From Vicugna vicugna (taxonomy: Eukaryota): a stretch of DNA of 64,000 bases. The stretch spans positions 4,535,308 through 4,599,307 of the forward strand of contig MU061578.1 in assembly GCA_013265495.1 (NCBI GenBank). Direction: 5' to 3'. Below, in pieces: positions 1 to 13,730 of this stretch. Below the pieces are notes generated by a model. It was not told the origin of the DNA. It did no database searches and saw only the letters and a program-made list of their open reading frames with translations. Numbering within the stretch: position 1 is the first letter of the stretch; each line of letters begins with the position of its first letter. The position numbers were made by a program, and so were the translations under genes.

Positions 1-1115
1 GCACGTTAAGGGCCTCCTGGGCCTGAGCCTGGAAGGGCTGGCCCCACGCATCCTGGGTGCTGAAGGGCTGCAGGCAGCGCAGACTCGGAGCCCCCAGACT
101 GCAGCTGGCAGGGCTGCCCCTGGGGCCTGGTAGGGGCTCTTCCCGGGCAGGCAGTATCACCAGGCTGGTAAGGGCCAAGGGTGCAGATGAGAGGTGATTG
201 AGTGGGAAGATTGGGGGTTGGCCTGCCATCCCTCAGGAGTCCACCCAGCCTCCAGGCCTTCCCTCCTAACAGGCCCTTAATCCACCCCACCTCCCCCATC
301 TTCCAAATGTTTCTGCCGGCAGGGAGTTGGGGGTGGGTCAGGCACCTGCCCGGTGGCAGCGCAGGCTCCAGGTCCAGAGGTTGTGGCGCAAAGAAGCCAG
401 TGAGCACCGGGCTGCGGGACACACGCTCCCCCGCAACCAGCAGCGCCCTCAAATAGGTTTCCAGCAGCCGCAGGCGCACCAGGCCGCGGCCCGTGCGCCC
501 CCAGTGTGCCAACAAGGATGCATCTGTGGGCAAGATAGGGACAGACTGGGACCTTGCCCTAGGGCTCCCCACATCAGACCGCGGCCACTCCCACCCCTCC
601 TGGGACCCCTGCTGGCTGACCAGGAAGTTTGGGGAGAATGCGGTCTGATCTCTGCAGCAGGCCCGCCTCCACTGGGAAGGTCTCCTTGAGGGTCTTCTGA
701 GGGTGAGAATGGGCATCTCAGTCTCTGAGGGCCCACTGGGTTCCCCTGGGAGGGTGGGGGTCCCTTGCCAGGATCTTAGGGGCTGGAGGACCCAAGGGCA
801 GGCACTTGAGAGGGGCGGTCATTGCTGGGTCATGCAGTTGGGGGAAGTTGGGGTCGCTCCAGGCTCACTCACATGGAGTTTTCTGAACTGATCCCAGCTT
901 CTGCGTGCAAAGGTGTCACTGTCATCCGACCAGTTCACAGAGAAGGCGAATGTCTGTGGGATGAAAGGGTGGGGGACACCATGGAGGGACTAAGCCAGGA
1001 ACTCCCTCCCTCCCTCTTGGGGCCGTCAGGGATCCCCGTTGGTTCCTACCTGGAGCTTCTCTGTCTGCACCAGAGCTGCCCCGCTCACGGACACTGGGTG
1101 TCGGTGGCCTGCCAT
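1..1115 (-). CDS. NOXO1: NADPH oxidase organizer 1, 5' part (PX domain and start of SH3 region); exons (minus) 1050-1115, 873-953, 621-696, 346-523, <1-164; truncated by window edge
   Basis: Spliced translation [22 protein letters not shown]|[27 protein letters not shown]|[25 protein letters not shown]|[14 protein letters not shown]...[17 protein letters not shown]|[11 protein letters not shown]...[27 protein letters not shown] matches NOXO1. All introns are GT-AG and phases are consistent. Confidence 0.95.
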
Positions 1116-1239
1116 TGCTATGGCCTTCCCAGAACTCTGTCACGGGCTTCTGGAGTCTGCCAGGTGTAGCCAAGGGTCCTACTGCCTCCCTGCCTGCGTG
1201 GGGAGGGGAGTACCCCCTGGGGCACCAGGAAGGCTGTTT

Positions 1240-1249
1240 GGAATTCCCC
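1240..1249 (-). promoter_or_regulatory. Candidate NF-kB site upstream of NOXO1
   Basis: Minus strand reads GGGGAATTCC (consensus GGGRNWYYCC), about 125 bp upstream of the NOXO1 ATG; motif match only. Confidence 0.45.
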
Positions 1250-2849
1250 GGCAATGCCCCAGACCCACCAGGTGTTTGCGGCACTTCCCTGCCCCTGACT
1301 GGGTCCTTCACAGCTTCCTCACCGCACCCCTAGATCTGGGTGGGAGGACAGGTGCACAGGGTTTGGTGGGAGGGGCTGGGACTGCTGCCTGAGGCTCTGC
1401 TGCTGGAGTCTGGGAGGAGGAGGGGAAGCATGAGCCATCAAACCCCGTCAGGCCTGGCCAACCCTCCCTGCCCTCCCACGCCCCATGTAGCAGTGACCGG
1501 AAAGAGCCACCTGCAGGGTGTGCCCCTTGGCTCTGTCTTTGAACTCCCTGGGGCGGTGACTGCAATTGTCACCAGGAAAGAATGACCCAGCACTAAGGGC
1601 TTGAAGTCCTTTGTTTGGCTTAATTTTCACTTAGCAGGAAAGGTTATTTCATGTCCCCAAGTCACAGAGGAGGAAATTTGTGTTAAATATTGTAAGGTTT
1701 CTTTTTTTTTCTGTGTGTGTTGGGGAGAGACCACAGACTCACCCTGTAGGTTCCCCTGTGGTAGGGAGATTTGGGATGGGATGAACAGGGTCCATCTGTA
1801 GTCACTAGCATTTGGGGGATGGGGAGGTGGTGACCAGGACTGTTTTGAGAGTCACCTCCAAATTTATGATTTATCATAGTTTATTGCAAACAAAGCCTCT
1901 GAGATTAGGAATGACCATTCCCCCACTAACTGGGGGGTGGGGGCAGTGAAGGTTAAGGCCCTAGAGTCCCCAGACAGAGGGTGTGCCCAGGTGCCCCACA
2001 ACACTGAACTGCTTCCTTATAAGGGAGATTTCTGGGGCCCCATCCTACCCTGGTATGCAGTGGTTTTGTCTGCTGTTGGGGCCACCACCTCTGTGTTGGG
2101 ACTTCCACTGCCCTATACACTCCAGGGAGAGGTGAGCCTCTAGGGCATCCCTCCAGGAAACCACCCTGGCCTCAACAAAAGGCCTTTGTGTATCTGTTTG
2201 ACCAGCAGCTCTCTCTGAAGCCCTCAAACCTTCCCTGGTCTTGGCCCAAGCAATGAGCAATGCTGACATAGGCCTGCTTTTTGCAAAGTGCCTTCAGCCC
2301 AGCTGTCATACTCCTGCCAACCTCAGTGGGGCCGCTGGCCTGGTAGGGCCCAAGGTGGAAGAGATCCTGCTTCCTTGGAAGACAAAGGAGAGAAACAGGA
2401 GAAGGGCCAGTTAACTCACAGCCAGGGACCTAGAAGGATGCAGAGACCCCCTTCCTATGCTAACTAACAACCCTTGTTCCACACCCCCAGCAACCTAGAT
2501 TCTTTCCACTTCTTTCCTTCTCCATAACCCCTTTCATCCTCTCACTGGGACAACTACAAGAGTCCATCCTCCCCCAATGCCTGTGCTCCTCACTCGCACC
2601 CAGGACATCCACTCTCCAGAGGAATCTGCAAAACAGAAATGGGATTAGGTCAGGGTAGTAGCCCTCCCTGAAACTGCCCAGCACCTTCCCACAATCCTCA
2701 GAATAAATCCTCAACTTCCATGGCAGTTGATTGAGGACCTCGGTGGGCCCCTGGCCACCCAAGATCTCTCACCACTCTCCCCAGGTCCTGTACTTTCTGC
2801 AAGAGGCCAATACCCTCCTCTCTCCTGCCTCAGCCTTGACTGACCTCCT

Positions 2850-3125
2850 CAACTGATTCCCCGTCCTTCAGGCCTCTGCCTAGGGGTCACCTCCTCAAGG
2901 AGGCCTCCTGGATTTCCTATACCCTGTTCACGGCACCCATCAGAGTTTGTACCTGAATATTTATTAGTGTGATTTCTCCTTTTGTTTTTGTTTTTTTCCA
3001 TCTTGATCACTGGACTATGAACTGAGGAGGTCAGGGATGGGATCTTGCTCCCCACCCTGCCCAGCTCCTAACTGTGTTTGGAACAGATTAGGCACGACAC
3101 AAGTATTTGCGGAATGAACAAATGC
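2850..3125 (+). mobile_element. L2 (LINE2) 3'-end fragment, approximate bounds
   Basis: Contains 'gtcacctcctcaaggaggcct' and 'ctggactatgaact...agggtcagggatggga'-like L2 segments and ends in 'ttaggcacgacacaagtatttgcggaatgaacaaatg', the typical L2 terminus. Confidence 0.6.
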
Positions 3126-3903
3126 AGGTATGGAAGCAAAGGTATCCTTGAGGCCACTCCCGACTTCATGCAGGCTATAGGATTCGAGGGCGCTGGGTGC
3201 ACGGAGGAGACGCACCGTCCCCTTTGCAGTCACGGCCAGGCCCCAAGTTGCCTGACTCCCGTTGCCATGGCGCCAGTCGCCCGGGCGGATCCGTGGGACC
3301 CCGGCCCCAGCACGCACCGCCCTCTGTGCGCTCACGGCCCTGCCCGGCGCTGCCATGGCGCCAAGAAACGGCTGCTGAACGCGCCCCCAACGGAGGGCAC
3401 AGAGCTTAGCCGCGGGCACGGGGGACGGTCAGAGCAAAGCGATGGGTGCATCGCGGGCCGCAACACAGACGTCGCCTCGGCCGCAGCCCGAGGCCGCGGC
3501 ACGGCCACGGCGCTACTTCCACAACACACTGCTCTTCTACTGGAGGAAACGGGAGCGCAAGCCCGGACGACGCAAGTCGGGCTCGGGTCGAGGAACGAGG
3601 CCTAGGGGTGCAGCCACAACCCGGGCGTCCGGGCTCGCGCGCACCCAGGCCGCCCGGACCCCTGCTTCCAGCTCTGCCTCTTACCGGGAGCGGGCCGAGG
3701 CCCCGAGCTCCGCCACCTCGCCGGAACCCGGCCCCGCCTCCGACCCCGCCCCCGGCCCCAGCTCAAGCTCAGCGCCCGCGCCCTCGGCGCGCGCCCCCGG
3801 CTCCTGTGGCCGCGCCCTGGCGGCGGCGCGCGCGCTGGCCTGGAGGCCGACTTGGAGACCCATCTGGAGGCCGAGCTGGCCCGGCAGGCGTTGCGCGGGC
3901 AAC

Positions 3904-5825
<1,922 letters not shown>

Positions 5826-5848
5826 CCAGCAGAGAGGGTGGGGCGCTC

Positions 5849-5854
5849 ATTAAA
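5849..5854 (+). terminator. Candidate proximal poly(A) signal ATTAAA of GFER
   Basis: ATTAAA 24 nt after the stop codon. Confidence 0.45.
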
Positions 5855-6329
5855 GTGCCTCAGAGCCAGAGCCTGTTGTGTCTCACCTGTGTTGGGTGGT
5901 CCCCAGATATTGCCCATGGAGCCCTTCCCCTCTCAAGTTAGGGGTAGAGGTGGAGATGCCCATTCCCGGCACCCTGATGGCCTCCTCAGCCACCACCCTG
6001 TGGGGCTGCAGGTGAAGGAGGCAGGAGCAGCGTAGACTGTCCTTTCCATAGAGGATTCAGCCTCCTGCTCACTTGCCACCCTGGTGCCCCACTTCCCCCA
6101 ACAGGAAGGCAACAGACCTGGCTGTCTCGCCCCTCCAGGCCAGGCCATTGTCTCCTAACCTTGTAGCTAGGGAAAGCAGATGTGGTTGTAGCCCCAGGGG
6201 CTGTGTGCTGTTTGCACATCAGGAAAGAGGCCTCGGAGGCTGAGCTCTGTTGCACGCAAGTCCCTGTTCAACCTGTGGCCTTGCCTAGCTGTACCAGGCC
6301 TGTCAGAGGCTTTGTGAACTTGAGACCAA

Positions 6330-6335
6330 AATAAA
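6330..6335 (+). terminator. Candidate distal poly(A) signal AATAAA of GFER
   Basis: AATAAA followed by a GT-rich tract ('gtggtgtgttttgtg') about 30 nt downstream. Confidence 0.6.
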
Positions 6336-7974
6336 ATGCTGGAGAAGTGACTGAAGACCTGGCTGTGGTGTGTTTTGTGCCAGGACTTGCAGCGATGGAC
6401 AGGGCCTGCCCTTGTCCCTCTATAGTCTACTGCTTTCTCCCGTCTGGGTTCTGGCTCCTTAGGAAGTGGGAGAGGTCCCAAGGCAAGAAAGAGTGGGTCA
6501 AGATGTTCCAGGAACAGCAAGGAGGCCGAGGAAGGGTCAAAGAGGCAAGGAGAGGTCACAAGGCAGGAGTCCTCAAGGCCCTAGGAAAGATGTGGTTTTA
6601 AGACCCAGCTCCTGTGACAAGAAGGTCTGGAAGGATTTGGAACAGAGGAATAGCAAGATGTGACTTTTGAAAGGTCCCTCTGGCTGCTGAGCTAGAATGA
6701 GGCAGGCGTGGGTAAGTGCAGGGAGGGCAGGCACCCATGTGGCAGCTTAGAGGGAAGCTCACCCAAGGGTGGGTAGGAGAGATCGCTGGATACACTCAGG
6801 GTGGAGCCCAGGGTGACTCCGGGATTCTGGCCCAAGCAGCTGGAAGGATGGAGTTGCCCAGTGTATTAATGAAATGCAAAAAGGCTGTAACTGGAGCAGG
6901 TTTGGGGGTGACCTGGACTCAGCTTTTGGGCCTTCCTGGATCTTCGCAGCCATACCTGCTCCTAGGCCTTGGCTCCTGGCTTCCCAGCTGGAATGGCCCA
7001 GCAACAGTGTGCCCCATCCCTGTGGTTGTAAAGCTCTGGTCACCTCTCTCCATGGTGTCTCAGCTTCTCCCTGGGCAGGTGCCAACATTTGGCACAGTCT
7101 CCTCGGCACCTTTACCCCACTGGCCCCATGGGGGTGCTGGTTTCTGCAGGGCCAGGTGATGCAAAGAAATAGGCAGGGAGCCACCAGCAAAGGAGTCATG
7201 GCTCTTTCCTTCCCTAGCACAGAGCTTCTCTCTGGCTTTTCCCAAGTCACCTGTATGCTGGGAGCCAGCAAAGCTGTAGGAGCTCAGGAGCACCATCTGT
7301 ATTTGCTCTCCCTCCTTCCCTGCCTCGCCTCCCTTTTTCCCTAACCCTGGCTCCCCCGAAGCTTCACTGCCCATTAAAACTCTTACTTGGCTGCAGACTC
7401 GGTTTTCTAGGGCCTCCAGGCTAAGACAAGTGGGATTGTAATTTAAGGGAAGGTTCTGGCTCCAGCTGTCAGCACAGAGATGAAAGGAGTGGACACAGAG
7501 CAGGGAGAAGAGACCCAGGACCATGCTCTGGGGCCCCCTAAGGTTCAGGGGTCACAGATTGAACAAGAGGAGGGAACTGGGAAGGGGTGACAAGAAAGGG
7601 CCCAGGAAGTTGGAGGAACACGAGGAGAGGGTGACATGGGCAGTATTCCCAGGAGGACAGGGACAGGATGCAGTGCCTGAATTGCCCCAGAACTAAAAGG
7701 AGCAGTGACAGCTGGAAGTGGAAGTGGCCTTAAGAATGGAGGTTTTAAAAAAAAGAAGACTGGAAGTTTGTTTTTGAGTTACAAGAAGGTAGCACGTTTA
7801 TGCACTGATGTAAATGATCAAGTAAAAGGGAGAACAAATTATGCGTGGGACCAAGAGGGGGGACTGTCACTGACAGGCGAGAGGTGATGGGATTGGATGT
7901 ATAGTGTAATGGAGTTGACCAGTGGATGGCCACATCTGGGATAACAGGTACCACTGTCCACACCACCCAGATGG

Positions 7975-8130
7975 CATGGTTGGGAACTGGGTTTGAATCC
8001 CAATCCTTTACTTTCCATGATCAAGGACCTCAAACAGCCTGCCTATTGACCAAACTATGGGGGTAAAACAGTCCCTACCTCTGCAGGTTGTGGTGAAATG
8101 CCTGGCATTAAATGTTCAACCATTGCAGAC
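7975..8130 (+). mobile_element. MIR SINE fragment, approximate bounds
   Basis: 'ctgggtttgaatcccaatcct' and 'cctacctctgcaggttgtggtgaaatgcctggc' resemble the MIR core. Confidence 0.55.
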
Positions 8131-8929
8131 TTTTCTCAATGCCTTAGACAGACATGGGAGTAATCTGGGCCCCTGCTGGCTGGCTGGAAGGAACATGAAG
8201 GAAGGAACCCTTATCTAACAGGGGCTGGGCGATATGTGGCAGAGACCTAGTAAGTACATGGGGCAGCTAGGCACCAGCTCTGCCAAACTCCCCATCTCTG
8301 ATGCTTCTGCCCACTCCTTGGCCCCAGACTAAATACGTCAGCCAATGGTCAGTTGAGGAGGCCCAGGAGTGCGGAGGGTTCTGTGAGCACCCTTGGAATG
8401 ACAACATCCAGCCACAGGAAAAGAGCATAGATGCCCCACCTCCCACCCATGCTGGCCTGTAGACTCTGCCTTCCTGGACAAGGGCCCCTGGGGGCAGAAG
8501 CCATTCTCCCTCCCTGTTGGGAAGGCTAGAGTCCTCTGAATGAGAAGCTAGGGTGTAGTGGGAAGTCATGGGAAAGGCCCCAGTAACCTACCTCTGGTCT
8601 ACAGGGACCAGGGCCAGGAAGCTGGGTCCCTTTCTCTGAGGGCTGTAGGGGAAGACTTTGGGGCCCTTGGGCCTGTTTTACCTCCTTACACAATCAGAAA
8701 GGGCCCTGCTCAGAGGAGCGGGGCCATGTCAGTCTGTCTATCCACGTGGCTACAGCAAAGCCTGAGCCCAGTGTCTGCCTGCCTTGCTGACTCCTGACTA
8801 CTTGTGAGGGGCAGAGGGGGATCCAGCCCCTTGACCCTGACGCCTGATGGGGACCTGGGGCCTGGACCCTGGTTCTGCGGTGAGAGTGGGGTATGGAAGG
8901 TGGGTGGGGCAGAGAGAGGGGAGTGTTCC

Positions 8930-9490
8930 AGCTCAGTGCGCGTGGACCAGTGGGGGGGAAGCGGGCTCGGTTCCGCCCTGCGCGCCCCCGCCGCGGCTGG
9001 CGCGCGCTCCCGGGAGGCAGCGGTGATAGCGGCAGACGGGCAGCATCGGCAGCATCGGCAGCAGCCCCGGGGAGCCTCGGGCGGGGCCGGCCTGACCGAC
9101 AGACGGACAGAGGGCACCAGGAGCGCGCGGCCCGCCCGGGCTGGCTATGGAGGGAGCCTCATTCGGCGCGGGCCGCGCGGGGGCCGCCCTGGACCCTGTG
9201 AGCTTCGCGAGGCGGCCCCAGACCCTGCTGCGGGTCGCGTCCTGGGTGAGTGCCCCCGGCCCCAGCCCCTGCCCCACCCAATACCCCATCCCACCTGGCC
9301 TCGCATCCCTAGTTCCGACCACCTCCCCATCGCCCCTGTCCCTCGCCCCCATCCTCATCCTTGCCGGCCCCTCCCCCGCCGGCCGCAGGTTGGGGTGACG
9401 TCACCAGGCAGGGCGCGCCCACCTGCAGGCGGGGGAGGGGCCGGCGGCGACAGCCGGAGACCTTGAGAGGTCACCGCCCGCGGCACCCAC
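8930..9490. promoter_or_regulatory. CpG island of the SYNGR3 promoter, exon 1 and intron 1 start
   Basis: High CpG density, GC boxes, and a full CRE TGACGTCA at 9396-9403. Confidence 0.8.
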
Positions 9491-11906
9491 CTCCCAATTC
9501 CTCCTTAGGTCTAACTCAGTACCCTTCCTCAGCTGTCGCTCCGTTTTTCCTGTGCTCACTCCCTGGAAGTGGGCACAGGAGTGGGGACAGAATTAACAGA
9601 GGGGTTTGGGCGCCCAGCCTCAGCATGAGAAGGGGCTCCCGGAGCAGAGAGAATCAGACAGCTTCCTCCCGCCTCTCCTGCTCACACATCCTCCAGGCTC
9701 CTTCCAAGAGAGCTGGCCCTTTCCAGCACCCCTAGTTGCAACTGTGAGTTGCTTTCTCAGAGGGGCAGCCAGAAGGAGTTCTGCAATGGGGGGGCCGATT
9801 TGGGAGCAGCCTAGCCTACTGGGGTAACCCTAGGCCTGGTGGCCTGCTCCTCCTGGCTGGGGAGATGGGAGATGTAATGCTGAGTTCTGGGTTTTGTCCA
9901 GCGGGTGGCGGCACCTCCTCACCTATCTTCCAGGAGGAGGCCAGTGATTAGGGTGGGGCAGGGGCCTTGGTCTTCTGCGTAGAGTGACTCCAGCCAGACC
10001 AAAAAGTAGGAACCCTACATTCTGGTTCCAGATCTGATTCAACTTGTGGACCAATCAGGGGGAACATGTCTATATCTTGCACCTTGGTTCCCCTCTTGAC
10101 TCAGTCTCTAGGAGCTGGGGTGGGAAAGAAATGAAGTTGAAACTGGAGTTTTGTTTTTAGAAACATAGGGCTGCCCAGAGCTAAAAAAGCAGCATCTGGC
10201 TTAAAAGGACTGTGGTCCACCTTCTATTTACCTTCCAGCCATCACAGACACAGGGCCCTCAGGTTTGTCTGAACCCCAGGAGCCACAGTGTCACCTTTTG
10301 AGCCCATACTCTTATGGATGATATTAATCACAGTCCCCAGCACACCATGAGTTGTGCTTGTTACCACATTTGGCATGCTAGGAAACAGGGCCTCACAGCT
10401 CTTAAATGCTGAGAGCAGGTTCCAGTGAGGTCCCGCTGACACCTCTGTGCAGCAGTCCCTCTGGTGGCCCCCTCTATGCTCTGGCTCCTCTGGACCCACT
10501 GGCCGCACTCCACATCTACTTTCCTGGGCTCCACTGACTCAAGCTTGGGAATCACTGGTCCAGATGAAAGCTCCTGTCCCCACACTCTGAAGTGGGCCAT
10601 GGGAGACACTAAAGGCTCCACAAGGTGCGGAGGAGCCAGCTTGAACATCTGCCCTTGCTCTTATCAGCCATGCGATCCTGGACAAATCACTTTACCTGTT
10701 GGAGCCTCAGTTTCCCCATTATCCCCAGGATAAGAACAATGCCACCCTCATGGTTTTTGCAGAGGATTCCATGAGCAAAGGCACATAGCCATTTTTAGCA
10801 CAACACCTGGGTATAGTAGTTGCTCACTGGTACACATCGTCCATAGTTATTAAATACTGTAGGTATTAAGGGAGGGGTCTTGAAGACCTCCACCCAGAGA
10901 TGGACTCTGTGCTTCAGGGGAACGCAGGGACACGCCCGACGGCGTTGGCGTTCATGCTGGGCTAGAAAATCTCAGGCCTCGGTGGGGAGGGGGCCATCTC
11001 AGGGCCCTGAGCGCCTCCTGCCACCCTCCCCCGGCCCACAGGTGTTCTCCATCGCCGTCTTCGGGCCCATAATCAACGAGGGCTACGTGAACGCCGACAG
11101 CGGCCCGGAGCTGCGCTGTGTCTTCAACGGGAACGCGGGAGCCTGCCGCTTCGGCGTCGTGCTAGGCCTGGGGGCCTTCCTCGCCTGCGCCGCCTTCCTG
11201 CTGCTGGACCTGCGTTTCCAGCAGATCAGCAGCGTCCGCGACCGTCGCCGCGCAGTGCTGCTCGACCTGGGCTTCTCAGGTGGGCGGGACCGGGCCAGGA
11301 GGGGCGGGCCTGGGGGGCGGGGGTGGGGCCACAGGGAGGGTGTTGTGTTCTCAGCCGAGTGTGGCTGGGACCCGTCCGGTCCCGGCGGGGCGGGGCCTCC
11401 GTTCGGCGGATACTTCTTTCCCGCGTAGCTGGTTGGGGTCCTTCTTGGAGCTCCCTGTGACCCGCTGGTTCCTCCGCAGGGCTCTGGTCCTTCCTGTGGT
11501 TCGTGGGCTTCTGTTTCCTCACCAACCAGTGGCAGCACACGGCGCCCGGGCCGGGCACGACGCAGGCAGGAGACGCGGCGCGGGCCGCCATTGCCTTCAG
11601 CTTCTTCTCCATCCTCAGCTGGGTGAGTGTGGTCGGCGGGCCGCAGGCGGCGGGGTCTGGGGCCGGGGCTAGAGCTGACCCTGGACTCCCCCTTAGGTGG
11701 CGCTTACTGTGAAGGCCCTGCAGCGGTTCCGCCTGGGCACCGACATGTCGCTCTTTGCCACCGAACAGCTGAGCACTGGGGCAGGCCAGGCGTACCCAGG
11801 CTACCCGGTTGGCAGCGGCGTAGAGGGCACTGAGACCTACCAGAGCCCGCCTTTCACCGAGACCCTGGACACCAGCCCCAAAGGGTACCAGGTGCCTGCC
11901 TACTAG
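9147..11906 (+). CDS. SYNGR3: Synaptogyrin-3 (MARVEL 4-TM synaptic vesicle protein); exons 9147-9245, 11042-11279, 11480-11622, 11697-11906; 229 aa
   Basis: MEGASFGAGRAGAALDPVSFARRPQTLLRVASW|VFSIAVFGPIINEGYVN...LLDLGFSG|LWSFLWFVGFCFLTNQWQ...FSILSW|VALTVKALQRFRLGTDMSLF...PKGYQVPAY*; exons 99+238+143+210 = 690 nt, all GT-AG. Confidence 0.97.
10640..10850 (+). mobile_element. MIR SINE in SYNGR3 intron 1, approximate bounds
   Basis: 'cctggacaaatcacttta...gagcctcagtttccccatt...aacaatgccaccctcatgg...cacctgggtatagtag' is the MIR core. Confidence 0.7.
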
Positions 11907-13161
11907 TGGTGGGCAGGCCCAGACCAAGGCGCGAAGGCAGCCCCACCAGCTCAGAGCCCAAGGCCTCCTGGAGCTCTCTTGGGTCCTCCTAGCCCAGCAG
12001 CAGGGTGTGGCCAGTGTGAGCCATCTGGGGCCAAGAGAGGGTAGCCTCCAGGGTGCTTAGGCTGTCCCCTACAAGCTCCTCCCATCCCCTTAGTCCCCAG
12101 TCCAGGGCCTGAGGTCCTGAGGAGGGCACAGCACAGCCCTAGGCACGTGTTCTCTAGCCTCCAGTGGACCAGCCTAGGCAGGGAGCCATGCCTTTCAGGA
12201 GCCAGCCAGCCTGGGGCTTACCTGTCCACCCTGGGCTCAGGGGTGCAGCTGCCCTCCATAGCCAGGTGCAGGGGCTGCCCCAGACTGAGGGTGACTAGAG
12301 GAAGGGACACTGCCCCCACTCTGTGGCCTGGTAAGCATGGCCACTGTTCCCCGTCCCATGTCCCTGTGGGTAATGATGGTCCTTGCTCTCTCCTGGTGGG
12401 TCACCCTGGAGGGCCACGTGCTCTGTCTGGAGCCTCCCTCCATTTCCTCTCACACAGGCGCACTAGACTCTGCTGGCTTGGTTGATGTCGTGGTTCTGGT
12501 CAAGTCTTCAGGTTTCACCTCGTAGTTCCCCACAAGCAGCCCCTCTGTCTGTGGGCCCTGCTCCAGCCCTTACCTGCCTTGGCCCAGGCCCCTACTGGGG
12601 TGTGGGCAGCTCTGCCCAGGAGAGCACAACATGGCTGTAGGCCTGGGCACCAGCCCTCTCCCAGCCCTTTAATAAGACCTTGCCCGTGGGAGGCTTAAGA
12701 CACCTGGGTGCCTGGCAAGACACACCCCTCATGAGGAGAGAGGCCGAGAGGCTCCACCTGCCCACCACGCCCTGGAGACGGCCATTCCGTGCAAATCCCT
12801 GTACCTTGGCTTCCTGGACTAGTCCCTCAACTCCCCACTCTGCACCCCATTTTAAGGCCCAGCCTGAGGTTGCAGGTCCCTCTGCATAGCTGAGTACTCA
12901 TGCATTGCTCAAAGCTGGCTTTTCACATTAAGTCAATACCAAATGCGGTTGCCACATATCATTCTTACAGACAGACGCCTCCCTCTGGAGTTGCAGTTGA
13001 GTGACAACCCTGTACATTGTAGCATAGACCAATTATGTGTGGATATTTAAGTGAACATGTTTACAATTTTTGTATATATGACACTTTCCCTCTCTCTTCT
13101 GAAAGAACAATCCGTGATTGTGTATTTTCAGTGTCCCATGTTCCAACTGCAACTTCTTTAC

Positions 13162-13167
13162 AATAAA
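13162..13167 (+). terminator. SYNGR3 poly(A) signal AATAAA
   Basis: AATAAA at the end of an AU-rich distal 3' UTR segment (12940-13170). Confidence 0.75.
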
Positions 13168-13569
13168 GACTGTAAATGAGTTTATCGTGGCCCAGACACT
13201 CTTGGAATCATTTCTACTCTGGCCCTTCCAGTGCCAGAGGTTGGAACCTGAGGGGCACCAGGGCCCAGAATCCAGAAAGGGGCAGGGAGGTGGCTAGGCT
13301 GACACTCATATTGGAGAGTGCTGGTACAAGTGGTCATGATTTCTTCAAATGTCCCCTTCTCATTACCTTCTGCTCCTGGGACTGCCAACAGGTGTACCAC
13401 ACAGAGTCCAGAGCCACATTCCACGGCTAACTCCTTTTTGGAGATTACCCCAGCTTGGTCTTGTTTACTTTTGAACCATCTATTGGAATTTTTATCTCTT
13501 TTTCATTTCTAAAACTTCTTATTGGTTAGCAACCTCCTGGATGAACAAAGCAGATAAGCACCATCTCTG

Positions 13570-13730
13570 GAGCTGGAATGCTGGTTTGGCAACAGTCAAA
13601 CTTGGTCTTTGGGGGCGAGTCTCTCAACTTGCCTGTGCCTCTGGTTTCTCTTCTGTAAAACAAAGATAACAGTAGTTCCTATCACACACGGTGGGGTGAG
13701 GGTTAGCATTAACACATGTAGCTCAGAGCA
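13570..13730 (+). mobile_element. MIR SINE fragment, approximate bounds
   Basis: 'gtctctcaacttgcctgtgcctctggtttctcttctgtaaaacaaagataacagtagttcctatc' is the MIR core. Confidence 0.65.

Noticed and set aside
6390-9120. REST/NRSE site for neuronal SYNGR3
   Set aside because: Only half-site matches seen (e.g. atggacag near 6398, ctctccatggtg near 7056); no convincing 21-bp RE1.
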